From Octopus sinensis (Eukaryota): DNA of 64,000 nucleotides. The position numbers and the translations under genes were made by a program. Where the stretch lies: the NCBI RefSeq assembly GCF_006345805.1, contig NC_043022.1, forward strand, positions 23,374,001-23,438,000. The letters run 5' to 3'. This document shows, piece after piece, positions 25,502 through 38,016 of the stretch. The number at the start of each line of letters is the position of its first letter. Positions within the stretch are counted from its first letter, which is position 1. A model generated the notes under the pieces. The model made no database searches. It saw only the letters and a list, made by a program, of their open reading frames with translations, and was not told the DNA's origin.

Positions 25502-26024
25502 GGAGGCGCAATGGCCCAGTGGTTAGGGCAGTGGACTCACGGTCGTAGGATCGCGGTTTCGATTCCCAGACCGGGCATTGTGAGTGTTTATTGAGCGAAA
25601 ACACCTAAAGCACCACGAGGCTCCTGCAGGGGGTGGTGGCGATCCCTTCTGTACTCTTTCACCACAACTTTCTCTCACTCTTTCTTCCTGTTTCTGTTAT
25701 ACCTGTATTTCAAAGGGCCAGCCTTGTCACACTCTGTGTCACGCTGAATCTCCCCGAGAACTACGTTAAGGGTACACGTATCTGTGGAGTGCTCAGCCAC
25801 TTGCACGTTAATAAATGAGCTGCGATGTCACAGGTGCCAAGCTGTATCGGCCTTTGCCTTTCCCTTGGATAACATCGGTGATGTGGAGAGGGAAGGGTGA
25901 TATGCATGGGCGACTGCTGGTCTTCCATAAACAACCTTGCCCAGACTTGTGCCTTGGAGGGTAACTTTCTAGGTGCAATCCCGTGGTCATTCGTGACCGA
26001 AGGAGGTCACACACATACTCCACA
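25502..26024 (+). mobile_element. tRNA-derived SINE (second family)
   Basis: Head ggcgcaatggcccagtggttagggcagtggactc..ggtttcgattccc. Related copies at 60470-60766 (-), about 32100-32440 and 33200-33530. Confidence 0.75.
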
Positions 26025-26684
26025 TTGGAGGGTTAAAGTCATAAAGAAGAAGCTTAATAACAAAACAGTTATATTCATAAATTCATTATTTTCAACATTA
26101 ATTACAACAAAAGAAGTGTTCCAACAAAAGTATGGTAGCAAAAGGGTGACGATTCTTTTCTTCTCCTCCTAGCAAGAACAACTTTAACTGAAATTTTTTC
26201 TTCATCACATTAAGTATCGTATCACTCACTAAACATTATTTTGTAGTTAGATAGGCGTAGGGGTGGCTGGGTGGCAAGAAGATTTGTTTCCCAACTGCAT
26301 GATTCCAGGTTCATTCCCACTGCATGGGACCTTGGCCAAGTGTCTTCTACTATAGCCCCAGCCCAACCAAAACCTTGTGAGTGGATTTGGTAGATGGAAA
26401 CTGAAAGAAGCCTGTCACACGTGTGTGTGCATGTTTCCACCACTGCTTGTCATCCAGGGTTGGTGTGTTTGCATCTCTGTAACTTAGCAGTTCAGCAAAA
26501 GTGACTGATAGAATAAGCACCGGGCTTAAAGAAAAAAAAAAAGAAAAGAAAGTATTGGATTCATCCGACTAAAAATTTTTCGATGTGCTGCTCCAGCATG
26601 GCAACAACATAATGGCTGAAGCAAGTAAAAAATAAAGATATGATAGAAGCAAAACATCTAAAGCAATGTATATTTTATACTTAC

Positions 26685-26759
26685 CAACACGCTTCCATTT
26701 ATTCCCTAAGTATATGGATATTTTGTTGAGGTGTTTCTCAGTCAGTATTGTATTAGACT
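26685..26759 (-). CDS. Gene B exon 4: N-terminal part of the death domain
   Basis: tttttgcag|AG...G|gtaagt, 75 nt. Translates (K)SNTILTEKHLNKISIYLGNKWKRV(G). Confidence 0.88.
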
Positions 26760-26961
26760 CTGCAAAAATATTTCCATGATTCTTAAGAATTTATATTGAA
26801 ATGTTTCATATTTACTTTTTTGTTTAGAAATAACAGTCAAATCGCCATCAAATTTCACACTCTATCTTAAATGCTGGACATTCCACTCTCCATGACAATT
26901 TCACTGTACTCTTTCCATTGCATTTTCCAAATAATGTAAGTGTTGCTGATGCCATGCTCAC

Positions 26962-27012
26962 TTATCATCTGCTCCCAATTCCATACATCTCTCTCTTGTC
27001 CCCCATCCTCAA
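26962..27012 (-). CDS. Gene B exon 3 (51 nt)
   Basis: tggtcag|TT...A|gtgagc, phase 1-1. Translates (F)EDGGQERDVWNWEQMI(K). The upstream acceptor seen in gene A is mutated here (cag->tgg) and the extension contains a stop, so only the 51-nt form is open in both copies. Confidence 0.6.
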
Positions 27013-27104
27013 CTGACCACATATACTATACTGTTTCAGAATGGTAAGATCAACAAAAAAAGTACTCCATCCAGGGAGAGATAAATAATATTTACTAAAA
27101 ACAT

Positions 27105-27318
27105 AATATATGTTTCTGTGTGCTACTATTAGTTTCATGTACTGAGAACATGCCAATCAGTGTTTTATAACACATCCAGTGTCCCAGCACAGTCATCAGA
27201 CACTTATGCCATGTTGGCACTGTCTGATGATTGTGCTAGGACACCAGACATGTTATAAAACACTGACTGGCAAATCCTCAGCATGTGAAACTAATAGTAG
27301 CACATAAAAACATACATT
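27105..27318. repeat. Imperfect inverted repeat/MITE-like hairpin (about 100-bp arms)
   Basis: tgtgctactattagtttca..cagtcatcagaca is inverted as tgtctgatgattgtg..tgaaactaatagtagcaca. Confidence 0.75.
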
Positions 27319-27344
27319 GTGTGTATTAAATATATATCATCTTC

Positions 27345-30150
27345 ACCATTTTTTCTCACCACATCATTCCATGTCTCCCTGGGTCTACTCCTTCCATATG
27401 TTCCTCCACATTTAGAGCTCAGCACTTCTTTATGCAGCTATCCTAATCCATAGGCATCACATGACCAAATCAGCACAGTCTTCTCTCTTGCACACAACAT
27501 ATGATGCCTCTTATACCCAGTTTTCCCCTTAAATCATTTACACTCTGTTATGCATATACTACTACTTCTAATGATCCACCCAAACATTTGAGGGAGTCTA
27601 TTGTCTGCATATTTTTAGTGCTTATTGTACCTGCACATTTGCCACACACAAAGACTATATTCTTAGTTAACCTTCCTTTGACACTGCTGCACCTCTTATG
27701 TGTTCAAAGTTTGCATGAGGAGTTTCTACCTACGCTCTTCTTACATACCAAGCAGGACCATCTCCTAGAAGGGATTTGTGATTTATCTGTTTCCCTACTT
27801 ACTAGGACTTTTGGTTTTTGCTAAATTAACCCTAAGGCTCTTAGATTCTAGATCTTGTTTCTAGATCCGAAATTGCTTCACTAGGTCAGTCAGTGATTCA
27901 GCTATAAGAACAAGGTCATCAGCATAGAGAAGCTCCCAAAGACAACCAATCTTGAATTCCTCTGTTAAGGCCTGGAGGACTAAGATAAACAGGAGGGGGC
28001 TGGGAACTGAGCCTTGGTGGACTCTCACCTATACACTGAATTCATTGCCAACCTTCACCTTACTGGCAGCATTCCTGTACATGGCTTGTTACTAAACACT
28101 CATTCACTATTAGCTTTCACATTGACCACCAGATAAGGGAGCAGGGCACCCTGTCAAAGGCTTTCTTCATGTTGACAAAAGCCAGGTACAGAGGTTTATT
28201 TTAAGCCAAATATTTCTCCTGCAGTTGTCTAACCAGGATTATGGCATCAGTCATGCTCCTGCCTGGCACAAATCTGAACCGCATCTCATCTACACTATCT
28301 CTGTTCCTAATTAATTGAGCTATGACTCTTTCTATGACTTTCATCACATGGTCCAGCAATTTGATGTCTCTGTAATTATCACTTTTGTCTTTGTAGCAGT
28401 TGACTATAATGCTGCTACACCAATCATTGGGTATGACTCCCTCATGGACAATCTGATTAAATATACTAGTGACTAAGCTATATCCTACTCGAGATATTTT
28501 AAGCATCTCAGCAGTGATTCCTGATGGGCCAGGGACTTTTCCTCTCTTCATGTCTTTAATTGCTTTATCTATCAAGTTACTATCGATTCAGATAGCTGGT
28601 CCCTCAGTAGGGCCAACATCTGGCAGACTCTCCTCCCATTAGTTCTCCACATTTAACAGCCTTTCATAATGGCATTTCCAAGCCATTTTCTTAGCAGAAT
28701 CATTAAATGCAAGTAAACTATCATCCATGCAGACACATTTCTCTCCTATGACATCACAATTTTCTCTCACACACTGTCTTGCAATCTGAAACACTTCAAG
28801 TCTCTGGTCCTCATGTAGCAGAACATTGGCAAACTTCTTTTCTGCTTTTTCCCTGGCTAAGTACACCTATCTCATAACTTTCCTTCTGACTATCTGATAT
28901 AGTTTCCTGATACCATCACACTTCCAGGCTTGTTTCTTTTCTTCTCTAATGGCCCTTTCAACTATACTGTTCCATCACCATGTCACCACAGATCAAGAAG
29001 GGACTTAGCAGATTTAAACAGCAGCCTTTAACAGGTTGTCTTGTAGGAACCTCCAGTTGTTTTCCACATTATATGTTGCTATATCTTCCTCTTTTCCAGC
29101 AAATCCTTCAAGTAACACATCTCTAAATCTCTGTCCATTCAGATGATCCTTAAGCTTCTAAACCTTTCTTTTCCATACAGGTTGTCATCTGGGCAGCCAT
29201 TTATCTCTGATCCTGAAGTATTTAACAACTAACTTATGTTGAGTGGGGTGCATTCTTCACCTGGGAAAGTTTTGGCATTTATAAGTAGCCATCTTCCCCA
29301 TTTTCTGGCAAGAATGTAGTCAACCTGACTAGTGTACCCTCTAGATTGGTAGGTGAACAGGTGACTGGGAGGTCTCCTGAAATTAGTATTGTAGATCATA
29401 AGGTCATTTGAATCACAGAACTCCAGCAGCCTGGCTCCCTCCTCATTACAGGAACCAAATCTGTTGCCACCATGCATGGCATGGAAGCTACCAAGATGTT
29501 GTCCAACATGCCCATTGAAGTTGCCAGCTACAAAGAGAAGGTCCCTGACATTCATCAATGAGGTGGTCTGCAAAAGGGTGTCATAAAATCGGTCTTTCTG
29601 TTCATCAGGTAGTCTCAGCTGAGGGGAATAGCCCAAGCTAATGGTTGCTGCTCCACATTGCAACACCAGTCTAAGCCTAAGTATTCTATCACACACTCTG
29701 ACTACCTCGATTACCTTATCAATCCATTTTAAAAAATAAGTTGGGGTTTTTTCAAAATTAACCCTAAGGCCCTTAGATTCCAGATCTTGTTTCTAGACCT
29801 GATATTGCTTCACTAGGTCAGGTAGTGATTCAACTATAAGAACAAGGTGATCAGTGTACAGAAGCTCCCAAGGACAACCCCCAACCCTATCACTGTTTCC
29901 TACCCAGAAGATTTTATACCTATGGTCTTTGCCTATGAGAAACCTAGCAGAACCTTCTCTGCACCTTACTTCTCAGATGCAACACACTCTACATTCCTCT
30001 GTTCAAGCATCTCAACAATCTCCCCAAACTTACCTTTCAACCTATCAATGTGCCCCATTAAATGTGTGTGGCAAATCTGAGGGTGTGGAAGGTGTGGGCC
30101 AGGGAGACACAGGGATGGGGGATAGCATTTTGCATCTAGAAAGCAAGCTT
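27345..30150 (-). mobile_element. Decayed, rearranged RTE-clade LINE (endonuclease and RT fragments)
   Basis: ISLGYSPQ..LFVAGNFNGHVG..YTSQVDYIL (APE endonuclease); GKVPGPSGITAEMLK..NYRDIKLLDHVMK..FRFVPGRSMTDAI (RT). Stops and frameshifts. 27850-27910 and 29760-29850 are duplicated pieces. Confidence 0.85.
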
Positions 30151-31336
30151 GCATGTATGCTTGACCGACATATCGTATACTCTTTACTCTTTTACTTGTT
30201 TCAGTCATTTGACTGCAGTCATGCTGGAGCACCACCTTTAGTCGAGCAAATCGACCCCAGGACTTATTCATTGTAAGCCCAGTACTTATTCTATCGGTCT
30301 CTTTTGCCGAACCGCTAAGTGATGGGGACGTAAACACATCAGCATCGATTGTCAAGCAATGCTAGGGGGACAAACACAGACATATACACACACATATATA
30401 TACATATGTACGACAGGCTTCTTTCAGTTTCCGTCTACCAAATCCACTCACAAGGCATTGGTCGGCCCGGGGCTATAGCAGAAGACACTTGCCCAAGATG
30501 CCACGCAGTGGGACTGAACCCGGAACCATGTGGTTGGTTAGCAAGCTACTTACCACACAGCCACTCCTGCGCCTATGTATAAGTACAAATAGGTTTCAAC
30601 CTGCATACACTTCACTGTCATTTTATTCACTTATATACATGTGTGTGTGTGTGTATAGATACAAAAAAATAAGGAGTGCATTGTGTTACATGAATAATAT
30701 TTTCAGGAGTCAAACATGTAGCGTAATAAACAAATGAACAGAAAAAGGACATGGGACACCATCTCCTCATCAGTTAAGGGCTAGGGTGTCAAATGCAATT
30801 TCATGACATTGAAAGCCTTACAAAAATATTATACAAAATCTACAGGTATGACTGTGTAGTAAGAAGTTTGTTTCCAAACCAAATGATTCTAAGTTCAGTC
30901 CCATAGCATGGCACTTTGAGCAAGTGTCGTCTGCTTTAGCCTCAAGCCCACCAAAGCTTTGTGAGGTTTGGTAGACAGGTAGACAGAAACTGAAAGAAGC
31001 TCATTGTGTATATATGCGTGCGCATGTGTGTTTGTGACTGTGCTTGTCTCCTCCCCCCGCCACCCACACTGACTGACAACCAGTGTTGGTGTGTTTATGT
31101 CCCTGTAACTTAGAAGTTCAACAAAAGAGCGCTGATAGAATAACTACCACACAGCCACTCCCACTAAGTGCAGGAGTGGCTGTGTGGTAAGTAGCTTGCT
31201 TTACCAACCAGATGGTTCTGGGTTCATTCCCACTGCGTGGCATCTTGGGCAAGTGTCTTCTGCTATAGCCTTGGGCTGACCAAAGCCTTGTGAGTGGATT
31301 TGTAGACGGAAACTGAAAAGAAACCCGTCGTATTTA

Positions 31337-31380
<44 letters not shown>

Positions 31381-31393
<13 letters not shown>

Positions 31394-32448
31394 ATTTATG
31401 TGTTTGTGTTTGTCTCCCCAACATCACTTGACAACCGATGGTGGTGTGTTTGCGTCCCTGTAACTTAGCGGTTCGGCAAAAGAGACTGATAGAATAAGTA
31501 CTAGGCCTACAAAGAATAAGTCCTGGGGTCAATTTGCTCGACTAAAGGTGGTGCTCCAGCATGGCCACAGTCAAATGACTGAAACAAGTAAAAGAGTAAA
31601 GAGGTTTAAAAAGGAAATGAGTGCTGGGGGTCGAATAGTTCGACTAAAATCCCTCAAGGCAGTGCCCCGGCATTGCAACAGTCTAATAACTGAAACAAAT
31701 AAAAGATTAATATGAAATCAACAAAGAGAAACTGCGTTTACTTACTGAAATATTTGCTGAATTTCTCCCTATGATTCACGCATTTTATCCTATCTTCTGA
31801 AGAGTATACATTTGTGACATTAGCGTTACCAATGAATACATTGCTCATTCCAATATTAATATTTGCTAGAATAAATGTATAAAATTCTAACTTAGCATTA
31901 GAGCATAAATTTTTGAGAATATAATATATACATAGGCATGGCTGTGTATTAAGAAGTTTGCTTCTCAACCACATAGTCCCAAGTTCAATCCCAGTGCAAG
32001 GTACTTTGGACAAGACTCTCCTAATATAGCCCCAGGTCAACCAAAATCTTTTCAGTAGATTTGATAGATAAAATCTGAAAGAAGCCCGTTTGTGTGCATG
32101 TGTATGTATGGCCCAGTGGTTAGAGCATCAAGTTCACAATCATGAGGTAATGACTTCAATTCCTGAATCGGGCTCTGTGTTGTTTTCTTGAGCAAAGCAT
32201 TTTATTTCGCATTGCTCCAGTTCACTCAGCTGTAGAAATGAGTTGTGACATCACTGGTGCCAAGCTGTATTAGTCATTACCTTTCCCTTAGACAACATCA
32301 GTGGTGCGGAGAGGGGGGGGGGCTGGTATGCATGGGTGACAGCTGGTTTTCCACAAAAAAACTTGACCAGACTTGTGCCTCAGAGGGGAACCTAGGTGCA
32401 ATCCCATGGTCATTCATGACTGAAGGAGGTCATTACCCTTTACTCTTA

Positions 32449-32494
<46 letters not shown>

Positions 32495-33545
32495 ATTTAT
32501 GTGTTGTGTTTGTCTCCCCAACATCACTTGACAACGATGGTGGTGTGTTTGCGTCCCTGTAACTTAGCGGTTCGGCAAAAGAGACTGATAGAATAAGTAC
32601 TAGGCCTACAAAGAATAAGTCCTGGGGTCAATTGCTCGACTAAAGGTGGTGCTCCAGCATGGCCACAGTCAAATGACTGAAACAAGTAAAAGAGTAAAGA
32701 GGTTTAAAAAGGAAATGAGTGCTGGGGGTCGAATAGTTCGACTAAAATCCCTCAAGGCAGTGCCCCGGCATTGCAACAGTCTAATAACTGAAACAAATAA
32801 AAGATTAATATGAAATCAACAAAGAGAAACTGCGTTTATTACTGAAATATTTGCTGAATTTCTCCCTATGATTCACGCATTTTATCCTATCTTCTGAAGA
32901 GTATACATTTGTGACATTAGCGTTACCAATGAATACATTGCTCATTCCAATATTAATATTTGCTAGAATAAATGTATAAAATTCTAACTTAGCATTAGAG
33001 CATAAATTTTTGAGAATAATATATACATAGCATCATGCTGTGTATTAAGAAGTTTGCTTCTCAACCACATAGTCCCAAGTTCAATCCCAGTGCAAGGTAC
33101 TTTGGACAAGACTCTCCTAATATAGCCCCAGGTCAACCAAAATCTTTTCAGTAGATTTGATAGATAAAATCTGAAAGAAGCCCGTTTGTGTGCATGTGTA
33201 TGTATGGCCCAGTGGTTAGAGCATCAAGTTCACAATCATGAGGTAATGACTTCAATTCCTGAATCGGGCTCTGTGTTGTTTTTTGAGCAAAGCATTTTAT
33301 TTCGCATTGCTCCAGTTCACTCAGCTGTAGAAATGAGTTGTGACATCACTGGTGCCAAGCTGTATTAGTCATTACCTTTCCCTTAGACAACATCAGTGGT
33401 GCGGAGAGGGGGGGGGCTGGTATGCATGGGTGACAGCTGGTTTTCCACAAAAAAACTTGACCAGACTTGTGCCTCAGAGGGGAACCTAGGTGCAATCCCA
33501 TGGTCATTCATGACTGAAGGAGGTCATTACCCTTTACTCTTTATA
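31381..33545 (+). repeat. About 1.09-kb direct tandem duplication
   Basis: About 31381-32455 and 32483-33545 are near-identical; the differences are mostly 1-bp indels. Confidence 0.9.
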
Positions 33546-33549
33546 TAAT

Positions 33550-33585
<36 letters not shown>

Positions 33586-33599
33586 AAGTATGGGGGTTT

Positions 33600-34890
33600 A
33601 GTTCACAGGTGATCTAAATGATTAAGTACAAACACCCTGAAGAGCTACAGCATTATGCTGATAAAAATGATATGAAAACATGTTATTCAGGACTTTGAAT
33701 GGTATGCGAGCCACAGAGTAGAGGCGCAACAAAACTCATAGGTCTTGGTGGCCAAACGATATTCCAGGAAAACCTGGAGATCCTTGATAGATTTGCCAGT
33801 CACTTTGACAGCCTACTTAATATCCCAAGTATCAATGGACTATGACACTCTCAAGAAGGTTACGCAACAGCTAATCATCCAATCCTTAGATGACAAACCT
33901 GTTTACAATCAATTCAATGACGTAATCAAACAACTGAACGAAAGTAAATACCCACTGAAATCTGGAAGCATGGAGGTGTAGAGATTATTAAAAGCCTGTA
34001 TAGCACTGTGCTCCAGATCTGGAAGACGGAAACGGTTCCACAAGACTGGAAAGACACAGGCATCATTCTTGTCTTCAAAACAGGTTGTAAAGTGAACTCT
34101 GGAAACTACTGAGGAATATCTCTTCTATCAATAGCTGGGAAGATCTTGGCTCATATTCTATTAAACAGACTAAATGAGTATATCTGTCTTACCTGAGACT
34201 CAGTGTGGCTTCCATTGCAGAAGCACTGTGGATATGATCTTCTGTCTATGCAAAATTCAGGAAAAATGCATTGAGCTGAATATGCCTATGTATGTAGTTT
34301 TCATAGATGTCACAATGGCTTTTGACACAGTATCAGTCCTACACGAAGGAATGCAAGCATTTATAGTACAAAATAGTAATACCTCAAGTGAGGTTGCAGT
34401 GATAAATGAAGTTAGTCAGGGGTGCATACTTGCTCCAGCACTGTTCTCCCTCTATCTCACAGCAGTGTTGGAAGTTGCCTTTAAGGAAGTTGGAGTGGGG
34501 CTTACATCTAGATGTGGCATGATGTTGATCTGTTCAAGGCTGCACAATATAAAGCAAAGACATGCATTATAAAGGCCCTATTGCAAAAGATGCTGATGAT
34601 AGTGCACCAGTTGCCTACAGTGCTGAAGATATGCAGAATCTGGTAGGTAACTTTGCTAGAGCTGCACAAAAATTCAGCTTAAAGATTAACATTAGAAAAA
34701 CCAAATGCCTTTACCAACCTGTGGAGAACCTACATGTGCCTGTAACAGAAGAAAACATCACTATTAGATATGAAAGGCTGGCCCAATGCAAAGCATTCAA
34801 ATACCTAGGCAGTACCATCTCAGATAATGCATGACTGGACCAGGAAATCACATACAGAATGAGCAGAGCTAGTGCTTCATTTGGCAGACT
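33600..34890 (+). mobile_element. RTE (BovB-type) LINE RT fragment
   Basis: ..GISLLSIAGKILAHILLNRL..LPETQCGF.CRSTVDMIF..KIQEKC..FID.TMAFDTV..QGCILAPALF..FKYLGSTIS. Contains stops. Confidence 0.85.
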
Positions 34891-35939
34891 GGTTATGTTC
34901 TGAGTTCAAATTCCGCCGAGGTCGACTTTGCCTTTCATCCTTTCGAGGCCGATAAATTAAGTACCAGTTACGCACTGGGGTTGATATAATCGACTTAATT
35001 CCTTTGTCTGTCCTTGTTTGTCCCCTCTATGTTTAGCCCCTTGAGGGCAATAAAGAAATAAGAATATTTGAGTTAGATATGGCCAGTTTAAATGCTAAAG
35101 AGTGAAACCCCATCCAGTAGTTCAGGACCACCAGGGTTTTGAGGAATGTGGAACCACCTCTGTTAGCCACTGTTTGTTGTTCCCAGGTCTACTTTGGCCT
35201 GAGTAGTAGCACCTGTCAGAGTTCCAGATAAGGCCTAAATAGCATGAAACTACCTGAGCCAGGGTACACTGAAGTTATGGGATGCAGCATGGTGAATGTG
35301 AATTATTTTGGCAAACTAATTTCTTGAATCAGTGACAAATGCCACTAGATGCTGAGTGAATGAACAAACAACAAAGTGTCAATGATCAGGATTGTCTTGT
35401 TAGCAAAATACTGCTTTTATCTGTAGTTGTGGCAAGTGCAAGTGAGATATTTTAGCTCATGAAAGACCAAGGTGATTAAAACCCAGGCCAGATGTGCATG
35501 CCATATGGATTATTCGGGATACTTGGAATGGGAGAGTTGTATTGGTACAAGTAAGTTTCCAAATCAGATGATGATGAATTATGACAAAGGGAAAACAAAG
35601 CGATGATGTAGATGATGTAGGTAATTCAGGATGAAACAGTAAGGATAACAAAATAATAATGACGAAGTGTTGCTAACAAAGTAAAAATAGCAATGATGAC
35701 AAAGTAATGATTGACAAAGACTGATGGAGAAGTAATGATGATGAAGTAATAACGGGAAAGTAATGATTACAAAGAATATTTGTAAATAATAATAAGAGAG
35801 TAATGATGATAAATAAGCGATGGAAAAGTAATGATGACAGCATAATAAGTAATGATAATTAAGAAATTATGATAGGGAAGCAATGCAAAGTAATGATGAT
35901 GAATTTATCTAAGGAAATATAAAAAAGATTGGAGCATAC

Positions 35940-36418
35940 AGCATTGTGAAAACATGTTTAGAGCTTTTGCTCCTTCTGAATGAGGATCATTATAAGAGGA
36001 GTCTGGCTGGTTGTGAAATAGATCATCTTTATGGCATCTTGGGTCAAATTCTTTTCTGGGATCCTCTCTGGGAAGGAGTGTTGCTTGCATATTATAGCTA
36101 CGAGTTCTTTTAGGGACCAACATGGCAGGAGTATTCTTGCTAGGATAATCACAAGGTCGAGGTACTGCATCAGTTTTACTGTCGCTATCTTCATTAGATT
36201 TGGGTATTGCCCTTATTTTATTGTGGCTTTCTTTTGTAGGCTTGGGTATTGAATCGTCATCATTTCTGTCATTTTCATTAATTATGGGCACTGCTTTAGT
36301 TTCTGGAGTTTCACTAAGACTAGGTAATGTATCAGAGTTACTGATGGACGTTTCAAAGCATACAGGCTCTGTATTGGTTTCAGAATTGTTTAATGGTACA
36401 GCATCAGTTTCATCTTCT
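35940..36418 (-). CDS. Gene B exon 2: disordered region with DETD|AVPL, ETK|AVPI and SKTD|AVPR motifs
   Basis: ttttattccag|A...T|gtatgc, 479 nt, phase 2-1, fully open. Confidence 0.82.
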
Positions 36419-36568
36419 CTGGAATAAAAATGAAAGATGAACAAAATATCTATTATGAGTTGATTCCACAAACATGAATGTATATATTTAACCCTTTTGT
36501 TACCATATTTCTGTTGAGATGCTCTGTGTTTCTTTCAATTATTTTAAATATAACAAAGAATTTAATAA

Positions 36569-36668
36569 NNNNNNNNNNNNNNNNNNNNNNNNNNNNNNNN
36601 NNNNNNNNNNNNNNNNNNNNNNNNNNNNNNNNNNNNNNNNNNNNNNNNNNNNNNNNNNNNNNNNNNNN
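36569..36668. other. Assembly gap (100 N) in gene B intron 1
   Basis: Run of n; the true size is unknown. Confidence 1.
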
Positions 36669-36751
36669 AATCCACTCACAAGGCTTTGGTTAAACAGCTT
36701 CTATGGATGTGTGTAGCTGAGAGAGATATCTAGAGAGAGAGAGAGGGAGAC

Positions 36752-36788
<37 letters not shown>

Positions 36789-37331
36789 GCGAGAGAGAGG
36801 GAAGCAAAGACAGAGAAATGGGATGAGTGGATAAATACGAATGTTATCTAACATAATTTAGCCTTCTGCTAGTAGAAGCTAGATCATTTCGTGTTGCAGA
36901 TATTTCATATTTAGTGCATCTGGTTTACCTCATCAGCTGATAATGAATGAAACCCGAAGTTGTCTCTTTCTCTCTCCCCACCTTTCCTCTTAGTAATTCT
37001 ACTTGTTGTTTGCTCCCGTCTTTTTTCTTTTTTGCTGTCTGTTGACTTCTGTAAGTTTCTTTTAATAAATACTTCAGAACAAGTCTATTGGACAGGTCTG
37101 CGATGATGTTATCTCTTGAATAACTGGTGGGGATGTTTGTATACAATTTTGTTGGCCAGAATTTTACTGATGTCATTATTCAATCTGCCAAAACTCAGTT
37201 TATCGTTTGCAACGAATTTCCTGATTGAAAACAAACACATGCCGTATTGGAATGCTACACATACCCACACACATACACGTGCATGCACTCATATACGTGT
37301 ATGTGTATATATACATACATATATATGTACA

Positions 37332-37365
<34 letters not shown>

Positions 37366-37473
37366 AATGGATGAATGAATTATCCTTTGTTTACCGTTAA
37401 CATACAAGTAACACGGATGAAGCGACCTATTCAAAGGTAGAAACTCCAGGTTAATGTGCAGTAATTTGTGTAG

Positions 37474-38016
37474 TATAAGTAAATAAATAGAGTTGAACGA
37501 AGATGTTATTAAAATTCTTTTACTTTCGACATATGTTTCGAAGACAACATTGATTTTATAGAGCGATCTTACAAATGTAAACACTGGCAGAAACATACCT
37601 TTAACTCATATAAGTGATTTCGCCAGTCTTTATAGTTTGAACAGTTAGTTTAACGTGCACTTTACTTCAATAGAGAAATCTACTTCTAAGCCTTTGAACA
37701 TTTTTTCAACCAACGTATCCCTCTTTATTTGTTCTCTACTTATTATTTCTTTTACCCTTCTCTTCCTAGTATCTGACGTCAAATCTACTAAATGGTTTTT
37801 TTAAATACTTAATAACGTTCTATTTATCATTTAGGCAGTCATCGTAATTGTTATAATGTCTTGTTGTTGAGATAGACTCTCTTTCTTTCCTGATGAGAAG
37901 ATTGCATTTTACACCGTTTATTCCTTTGGAATAAAACCAATGTTGGCTTCGAAACATATGTCGAAAGTAAAAGAATTTTAATGACATCTTCGTTCAACTC
38001 CATTTATTTACTTATA
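37474..38016 (+). mobile_element. Penelope-like element terminal (pLTR) fragment with inverted partial copy
   Basis: About 79-bp inverted arms (37474-37552 and 37938-38016) containing the 3' half of a hammerhead motif. No ORF. Confidence 0.6.
37885..37967 (+). ncRNA. Minimal type I hammerhead ribozyme motif
   Basis: Stem I ctttc/gaaag, CTGATGA at 37890-37896, stem II gaag..cttc with a long hairpin, GAAA at 37951-37954, stem III AC-atat-GT, predicted cleavage after C37962. Confidence 0.72.

Noticed and set aside
25502-25580. tRNA genes (here and at other SINE heads)
   Set aside because: A/B boxes are present, but the sequences continue into SINE bodies and I could not fold a full cloverleaf.
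37599-37889. 291-nt AG/GT-bounded candidate exon
   Set aside because: Stops in all frames; its acceptor is the antisense of the hammerhead CTGATGA core, so it is Penelope terminal sequence.
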